DNA of 64,000 bases, from positions 1 to 64,000 of the forward strand of contig JAUCBJ010000727.1 of the NCBI GenBank assembly GCA_032718475.1, written 5' to 3'. The translations under genes and the position numbers were made by a program. How positions within the stretch are numbered: the stretch's first letter is position 1; each line of letters begins with the position of its first letter. The DNA comes from Nemertoderma westbladi (lineage: Eukaryota > Animalia > Xenacoelomorpha). Shown here piece by piece: positions 61,401-64,000 of the stretch. The notes beneath the pieces are model-generated. The model was not told where the DNA came from and ran no database searches. It was given only the letters and a program-made list of their open reading frames with translations.

Positions 61401-63446
61401 AAATATGTAAGACTACCATTTTGTTAAATAAATACTTATTGGACGCGGAAAATTTTATAATAAGAAATAGGAGTCGTTTTGTTATAATGTTGAAAATCTT
61501 AATATAGTGCGATTCCACCCATAAAAAAGTTTATCAGTGAACTTGAACCAAGAAACACCAGAGGCAACCAGGAGGCACATCTGTCAAGGCAGATGCCCAA
61601 GGCAAGGAGGGCACCACACTAACTCCAAGGTTGAATACTCCGCAACGACCCAACCCTTTTCTCTACAACCCCAGCAGATTACCATATCGATGATTGGGTA
61701 ACTAGATAGGAACACGTAACTGCCTTCGCACGGGTTCGAACCCGGCATCCCCAACTAGGAGTATAGAGAGACAACTCTGTAAAGGGCGGATTATAATCAA
61801 TTGTAAATGTTAGATGTTAATGTGTAGCGAAAATATGGGCAGAATTAATGACACCCATCTTTTGATGAGAAATATGCATTTTGGAAATATAAAAATGTTA
61901 AATCTGCATTTTTCCACATTAAAAAAATAATCACCCCTAAAATGTATTTGAATTTGCTAATCGTGTTGGAGACAAATTATCATATTACACTTGCTGTCAT
62001 GATATAACCCAACACCCCATCACTATGCATTGGCTTTACTTCATATTACTGTCCTGGGCAAATCGGTGAAAACCATTCAAAAAAATGAACAACCACAACC
62101 AAACGTATAATGACGGTTCATTAAAATGACAAACAAACGAAAAAACATTAGAATCCCGTAGCTTCAGTAGCTACTGTATATCCTAGTAGAAGCCGACCGG
62201 AACGTCCACTATAACAGTTTGAGAGAGGCATTTCCGCTAGGAGTCAGGGCTCAGGACTACATCCAAGATTTACTCATCAAAAATGTATGATAAAGGGATT
62301 TGTGATTTACGATAAAGCTGATAGCACAATATGGTGAGGATAAAGCTGGTGTGTCAGAGTGACAAGAGATATGAGAGTATTGGTAATTGCCAATTTCAAA
62401 TGGCACATTTCATTAATTGTATTGCGAATTGGAAAAAATGTTGCCCGATTAAGCTGAGTAACTTGATATACACAACAGAATTGTTATGATAATAAATTAT
62501 AGATGCTTCGATCACTGTGCCTTAAAAATAGTTTTCTATTAAATTTTCGTTACATATTATAAACAAATACAAGTAATAAGAATAAGATTATCTTATTTAC
62601 TCGAATAAGAGCCTGGGCGTTTAAGTTGATAAATAGCCAAATGGGGAGGCGTTTATTCGAGGAGGGCGTTTATTCGGGGAAGACGTTTGGCGTTTATTCG
62701 GGGAGGGCGCCAATGAAGTTCAGCATATTGGCCATGCACAGTTCCACTTGTAGGAGTTTTGTTTAACATGGGCTGAAGTATGGATTAGGGGGTCCTTACA
62801 TACACGGTAAGCCATGTTAAACACCAATTAATCTCCATTATCTAGACCAAATGTCTTTTAGAAGATGTTTCAGGAATATCAACGGCTAACCACCACGTTT
62901 TCTCTTACCGGCAGGGTGGTGCCAGCAGGGTGGTGCTGGGTCGTGGTACAAGGGTGTTGCTACCTAAATTGTACAATAAGTAGTTTGTCAATAGAGCATC
63001 GAATACATTTAGAATAAACAATAAAATGAAGAAATTAAATCTGAATTCCGCTCAACGGTCAATTCTGAATTCAGATTTCTTCAACGAAATGTTCAGGAGA
63101 CGCACAAAGACAAATAACCTAAAATCGCTCTACCGCACAGGCCAATTTATCTATAGATTGCTCACCTGACGCCTTCAGACATTGTTTGGATATCCTTTCG
63201 GCCTCATCGTAGTTGACCCGAAGGCCGTTGTTTATAACAAGTCTTGGAGGTTCATCATCAATGGGTTGTACGAATATGGTTATTCTAGCTGTCGCTAAGT
63301 GAACCGTGTCGTTTACAGCTATCATCAAGCTATCCTTGTTGGATGACTCCGAACTGTCGTGCTGATAAATCAATTGGGGTTTAGAGTTTCTCATAAAATA
63401 TCGAATGTCCAATTCTCCATTTTGTATTTCCTTTTTTTCATTATCG
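6373..63446 (-). CDS. FREM2: FREM2/ECM3-like (FRAS1-related extracellular matrix) gene, partial; 8 exons visible, continues beyond both edges
   Basis: Eight AG/GT-bounded exons join in compatible phase: ...LKAS|DIDSFDSNITF...SSLQE|LKDKNN...SSFTQ|VDIDDMRLAYIL...DVTDD|GGNRLPDQTFSLSW...PSSMV|GVTVRD...VVDPED|EPTVYF...MCYTID|DTATC...IIPDRKD. CSPG (cadherin-like) repeats followed by Calx-beta domains is the FREM2/FREM3/sea-urchin ECM3 architecture. The symbol denotes the family; orthology is untested. Confidence 0.88.
8400..8618 (-). mobile_element. tRNA-derived SINE-like element
   Basis: Minus strand has a degenerate A box and a B box (GAGTTCGATCC) in tRNA-like spacing, followed by a non-tRNA body; 3' boundary approximate. 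Confidence 0.55.
9499..9738. repeat. 21-bp palindromic minisatellite, about 11 copies
   Basis: Unit GCCTACATACTGTATGTAA(GG/AT); core TACATAC-T-GTATGTA is self-complementary. Confidence 0.9.
9984..10762. repeat. Diverged long inverted-repeat pair (MITE-like)
   Basis: 9984-10113 (GGTGGAATTTGTGACAACAC...CATATCGCCGGCAAGTC) is the reverse complement of 10581-10762 (GACTTGCCGGCGATATG...GTGTTGTCACAAATTCCACC), with indels. Confidence 0.75.
11211..11880. mobile_element. MITE with 17-bp TIRs and TA flanks
   Basis: TA|TCACATTTGAGGCACAG ... CTGTGCCTCAAATGTGA|TA. Confidence 0.75.
12605..13083 (-). pseudogene. P-element/THAP-type transposase remnant, internally deleted
   Basis: Frameshifted fragments PSLFPGAPPLYVPTPPPKPRTT...DQLEDFISSDII (post-THAP linker-like) and TAQFLEIILKFWSFVNVQTSFGFQRYRYPNRAP (P-transposase-like); recognised from memory. 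Confidence 0.5.
13093..14737. mobile_element. Non-autonomous Mutator/MULE-like element
   Basis: About 100-bp TIRs starting GGGTATA(T/A)CTTTTGCGTAGAGG; 9-bp target-site duplication GTGAATTTC at 13084-13092 and 14738-14746. Confidence 0.85.
15095..15290 (-). mobile_element. CR1-type LINE 3' coding remnant
   Basis: SRLKRLCLPTLEY...VYRYLTG...LRGLSFKLQKPR resembles the CR1 ORF2 C-terminus (RLxxLxLPTLEYRR...RGHxxKLxKP). Confidence 0.65.
15821..17377 (+). CDS. Amidase-signature family amidase, CX3C subgroup, copy 1 (518 aa, intronless)
   Basis: Uninterrupted ORF; catalytic Lys107 (AIKD), cis-Ser182 (GGSSSGS), nucleophile Ser206 (GDQGGSIR), GLKPTFG, CEDLC motif, C-terminal LPVGMQIVG. Confidence 0.95.
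   Translation: MATNNDILYRAPSVKPPTLSDLKDAAERTGLVLEEHEFEEYQKVMHSALKSYDVIYDLPEPVPPTKYPRLPGYQPHPEDNVGRAWYWRCDIKGAKDGLLAGKCLAIKDNVHVAGVPMINGSKLIEGFIPPFDATIVTRILDQGGHIIGKASCEDLCFCGNSFTCSSGPVPNPFCTSKTTGGSSSGSAYLVAKKEVDMAIGGDQGGSIRLPSCWSGTVGLKPTFGLVPYTGIMPIELTIDHTGPIASCVTDCAILLEAIAGYDGGLDPRQPYNMPVPKYSLLLTGDLAGKKIGILEEGFIDCDPEVELLVKGAARKLSERGATVDMVSIPEHMKGKAIWDAIALEGTYNQMIKGAGDGMNWSGQYSTALRDKVARGLKTNINDISITLKYTILLCEYLAVNYNGRFYSKGQNLVRWLRAAYDKALEKYDVLIMPTIKFPAVNIPKENDNIEEILDKGFCMLANTVQFNITHHPALSINVGVSQNLPVGMQIVGRCYDDVTVLNAAYAWELVSDGQFNPK
19841..21394 (+). CDS. Amidase-signature family amidase, CX3C subgroup, copy 2 (517 aa, intronless)
   Basis: Same intact Ser-cisSer-Lys triad and CEDLC motif; long tracts identical to copy 1. 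Confidence 0.95.
   Translation: MDSDKLLYRAPSVKPPTLSDLQEAAERTGLVLEEHEFEEYQKVMHSALKSYDVIYDLPEPVPPTKYPRLPGYQPPPEDNVGRAWYWRCDIKGAKDGLLAGKCLAIKDTVQVAGVPMLCGSKLVEGFIPPFDATIVTRILDQGGHIIGKASCEDLCLCGNSFTSSSGPVPNPFCSTKSAGGSSSGSAYLVAKKEVDMAIGGDQGGSIRFPSCWCGVVGLKPTYGLVPYTGIIPGDLTIDHAGPITSCVTDCAILLEAIAGYDGGLDPRQPYNMPVPKYSQLLTGDLAGKKIGILEEGFIDCDPEVELLVKGAARKLSERGATVDMVSVPEHIKGKAIWYPITLEGSYNHMVKGAGDGMNWSGQYSTALRDKVARGLKTNINDISITLKYATLLCEYLAVNYNGRFYSKAQNLVRWLRAAYDKALEKYDVLIMPTIKFPAVDLPKGDDNIGEILYKGMCMLENTVQFNITHHPALSINVGVSQNLPVGMQIVGRCYDDVTVLNAAYAWELVSDGQFNPK
22252..22530 (-). pseudogene. hAT transposase C-terminal dimerisation-domain remnant (ZMYM1-like)
   Basis: RTFSLLRRLKTYIRSTMGQTRLTHLALINIERE matches ERSFSxLKRxKTYLRSTMxQxRLxxLAxxxIE. 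Confidence 0.85.
22625..23186 (+). pseudogene. Captured two-exon fragment of a PLAT/LH2-domain (LOXHD1-like) gene
   Basis: Exon-like 22625-22821 (acidic/Ser-rich, donor gtaggt) joins in phase 1 to 23107-23186 (acceptor tttttgttctag), giving ECSYQIAVTTSDVRGAGTDANVFIILY, the PLAT start motif YxVxVxTGDxxGAGTDANV. Confidence 0.75.
24342..24712. repeat. 15-bp AT-rich minisatellite, about 22-24 copies
   Basis: Unit AAGGAATAATTAAAT with variant AAGAATAATTTATT. Confidence 0.9.
24920..26503 (+). CDS. Amidase-signature family amidase, CX3C subgroup, copy 3 (527 aa, intronless)
   Basis: Same intact triad and CEDLC motif; 11-aa C-terminal extension. Confidence 0.95.
   Translation: MASDSLYRAPSVKPPTLSDLKDAAERTGLVLEEHEFEEYQKVMHSALKSYDVIYDLPEPVPPTKYPRLPGYQPHPEDNVGRAWYWRCDIKGAKDGLLAGKCLAIKDNVQVAGVPMINGSKLIEGFIPPFDATIITRILDQGGHIIGKASCEDLCHGGSSYSCSSGPVPNPFCSTKSAGGSSSGSAYLVAKKEVDMAIGGDQGGSIRYPSCWCGVVGLKPTFGLVPYTGIMPIELTIDHTGPIASCVTDCAILLEAIAGYDGGLDPRQPYNIPVPKYSLLLTGDLAGKKIGILEEGFIDCDPEVELLVKGAARKLSERGATVDMVSVPEHMKGLAIWYPIALEGAYNQMIKGAGDGMNWSGQYSTALRDKVARGLKTNINDISIKLKFGILLNEYLAVNYNGRFYSKAQNLVRWLRAAYDKALEKYDVLIMPTIKFPPADLPKQEDTISQILRKGSSMWGNTSQFNVTHHPALSINVGFYQNLPVGMQIVGRCFDDVTVLNAAYAWELVSDGQFNPKQRICKNSDNVA
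26621..27077. repeat. 25-bp perfect inverted-repeat pair (MITE-like) just 3' of amidase 3
   Basis: TTTTATTCCAAAATTGTAACATTAC (26621-26645) and GTAATGTTACAATTTTGGAATAAAA (27053-27077); no TSD seen. Confidence 0.65.
27792..28758. mobile_element. hAT-type MITE
   Basis: TIRs CAGGCCCGTAT / ATACGGGCCTG; 8-bp TSD CTGCCATT at 27784-27791 and 28759-28766. Confidence 0.88.
29068..29193 (-). CDS. FREM2/ECM3-like exon (start of Calx-beta 2)
   Basis: Acceptor acatttag, donor gttagt; 126 nt; EPTVYFARDIYKVEENIGIAQIMVHRNADLTKSLTVMCYTID; not in the ORF track. Confidence 0.88.
29369..30627. mobile_element. hAT-type non-autonomous element
   Basis: TIRs CAGGGTTG / CAACCCTG; subterminal GATTTAAATC repeats; internal CGGGATCCCG repeats; 8-bp TSD TTTTCTAG at 29361-29368 and 30628-30635. 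Confidence 0.88.
29476..29869. mobile_element. MULE-like MITE nested in the hAT element
   Basis: Long imperfect TIRs GGGTGACTACAAA / TTTGTAGTCACCC; 9-bp TSD ATTTAAATC at 29467-29475 and 29870-29878. Confidence 0.85.
30925..31845. repeat. 13-bp minisatellite, about 71 near-identical copies
   Basis: Unit TACACAGAGGCGC; one visible variant (G>T near 31414). Confidence 0.97.
32027..32257 (-). CDS. FREM2/ECM3-like exon (Calx-beta 1)
   Basis: Acceptor tttatttag, donor gtgagt; 231 nt; KDY...VTFEPGDSEAFWNLDLVDDGEYEQSEKLLVNL. Confidence 0.9.
33777..33926 (-). CDS. FREM2/ECM3-like exon (start of Calx-beta 1)
   Basis: Acceptor ttatttag, donor gtaagt; 150 nt; GGNRLPDQTFSLSWSYTYLDNTTYVVEEN...LVRRGNL. 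Confidence 0.88.
34818..34910 (-). CDS. FREM2/ECM3-like exon (last CSPG repeat, second half)
   Basis: Acceptor ttgttccag, donor gtaagt; 93 nt; (V)DIDDMRLAYILNDGMINATADEFKFDVTDD; completes the FTQxDID motif across a 24.5-kb intron. Confidence 0.88.
36815..37050 (+). mobile_element. Old RTE-like LINE 3' remnant
   Basis: Degenerate GGQCYPGTDQPVQ and RLLKDAGLDNVDEFGIYMDD resemble the RTE C-terminus at 5875-6104. Confidence 0.4.
37706..37860. repeat. 47-bp tandem repeat, 3.3 copies, Harbinger subterminal
   Basis: Unit AAAGTGAATAGCACAAACTCAGGTGATCACATGAAATACTAAAATTT starting at 37706, 37753, 37800 and 37847. Confidence 0.9.
38198..38936 (+). pseudogene. Harbinger MADF/Myb-like DNA-binding protein remnant
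   Basis: EPLVVEIQSYPIPYD...KNCRAKDEVWAQLAQQL...FRDRYMKD...SG...W..M..CSFL and C-terminal FGKRVASKCRAL; frameshifted; last codons resume at 42705 after the LINE. Confidence 0.75.
39172..39552 (-). mobile_element. About 380-bp insertion inside the LINE, Penelope-like/retrozyme-like
   Basis: Flanked by the direct repeat ATGTTATATAGT (39160-39171, 39553-39564); removing it restores the LINE frame HISNQTLYNIRDVSLVPPSLTLEQSRLHFEG; contains a hammerhead-like motif. Confidence 0.65.
39282..39319 (-). ncRNA. Degenerate minimal type I hammerhead ribozyme
   Basis: GACC-CTGAAGA-TGTCCCGAGGGGT-GAAA-TTGA-TT-GGTC: stem I GACC/GGTC, CUGANGA and GAAA cores, stem II hairpin, minimal stem III. Confidence 0.6.
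42985..43450 (-). pseudogene. Harbinger (HARBI1-like) DDE transposase remnant, internally deleted
   Basis: IWVKPLFLQR, VIVSDEGFPLTSCLMRPY, YNYRLSRARRIVENAFGILTHKWR, CVLHNFIR. Confidence 0.88.
44342..44463 (-). mobile_element. Third copy of the RTE LINE 3' end
   Basis: TACTACTAC tail plus CGGCATGCT.CATTGCAGCTGCAT...AAGAATGCTGTGCCGGCTTGTCGA...CACAACTCCCTATCACC, as at 38937-39040. Confidence 0.8.
49015..50592 (+). mobile_element. Interspersed repeat, possibly Helentron/HINE-like
   Basis: Starts GTGGGGCCTTCGCGCAGCACG and ends ...TTCGTGGCTCGCCCCA after a GACAGAAC microrepeat; the same two ends bracket about 28146-28610. Confidence 0.45.
52640..55400. repeat. 29-bp CT-rich satellite array (about 2.7 kb) with higher-order structure
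   Basis: Unit GA(G/A)ACATACCTG(G/A)CTACCTCTCTCTCTAT; homogeneous centre, degenerate edges, ends in (CT)n. Confidence 0.95.
59416..59584 (-). CDS. FREM2/ECM3-like exon (last CSPG repeat, first half)
   Basis: Acceptor cattttag, donor gtcagt; 169 nt; LKDKNNRVGYTFTDRELRSDDPDSDHSVITYRLTEPPRFGNLYL...SSFTQ; not in the ORF track. Confidence 0.88.
60058..60122. repeat. 14-bp tandem repeat, about 4.5 copies
   Basis: Unit CAGTTACTTAATGG. Confidence 0.85.
60285..61336 (-). CDS. FREM2/ECM3-like exon (about 3 CSPG repeats)
   Basis: Acceptor aatttcag, donor gtgcgt; 1052 nt; motifs SFTQADID, LSVEDRDSP, IKYQHDGSETLQDQFTFKV, INVEPVNDGVP. Confidence 0.92.
61556..61775 (-). mobile_element. tRNA-headed SINE-like element
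   Basis: B box GGGTTCGAACCC at about 61732-61743 followed on the minus strand by a GC-richer body; boundaries approximate. Confidence 0.45.
62593..62808. mobile_element. Tc1/mariner (pogo-like) MITE remnant
   Basis: TATTTACTCGAATAAG end, three GGCGTTTATTCG subterminal repeats, ACGGTA at 62803-62808. Confidence 0.45.
63166..63446 (-). CDS. FREM2/ECM3-like exon (CSPG repeat)
   Basis: Acceptor ttttgttatag, donor gtgagc; 281 nt; encodes LIYQHDSSESSNKDSLMIAVND...IFVQPIDDEPPRLVINNGLRV...LKAS. Confidence 0.88.
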
Positions 63447-64000
63447 CTATAACAAAATAAAGAGATTATGGAAATGTTATAGTTATCAATGTGAATAAAG
63501 ACTGACTGACACATTGTATATGTGTACTATTGAATAAAATTTTAAGCATCGCATAAAAGGGAAGAATCGTCCATAGTGGAAATGGATGAGCGATTGAGAA
63601 TATATGGTTAGTATTAGTTTCACGATTACTTGGCAGGCCAGCTGATTGAATTTTAGTTAGACAGAATACTTTTGTTGACTTTCTGGTACTAAGTGTACTG
63701 AAATGTACTCTTTTATAATAATAATATAATTGTTGTATTTAATTCAACCTTGATTTAATTAATATCGTGGTTTACATTGAACAGTGTAAATTGTTAATCG
63801 CGGTTCACATTGAAAAATACTACTTCTTGTGCGCGATTGTATTGAATTCATGACAACTGCTGTTATTATTATTAATCAATTGACACCTCGACTCCTCTCT
63901 GACTACTCTATCCGATAGAATAAAATAATCATTTCGCTAACAGCTCTCTATCTTCTATAATCACAACAGCTGTTATAATTCATTAGATGATTACAACATA

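Overview
AT-rich animal (invertebrate-type) genomic DNA, not prokaryotic. The window lies inside one large minus-strand gene for a FREM2/ECM3-type (FRAS1-related) basement-membrane protein. Eight GT-AG exons can be spliced in frame by eye (63446-63166, 61336-60285, 59584-59416, 34910-34818, 33926-33777, 32257-32027, 29193-29068, 6621-6373). They encode the last CSPG repeats and the first two Calx-beta domains, and the gene runs off both window edges. The 22.4-kb intron that splits Calx-beta 2 holds three intact, intronless amidase-signature genes of the prokaryote-like CX3C subgroup on the opposite strand (15821-17377, 19841-21394, 24920-26503). They are nearly identical over long tracts, have unalignable flanks, form a mosaic, and differ mainly at predicted substrate-pocket positions; this is the main candidate for an undescribed system. 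The introns also hold many mobile elements: a Gag-like ORF of at least 798 codons running off the left edge, a hAT element carrying a captured exon-intron-exon piece of a PLAT-domain gene, a Harbinger > RTE LINE > hammerhead-bearing insert stack, MULE/hAT/TA-flanked MITEs, P-element and CR1 remnants, tRNA-headed SINEs and several minisatellites. Family assignments come from motifs recognised by eye; no searches were run.
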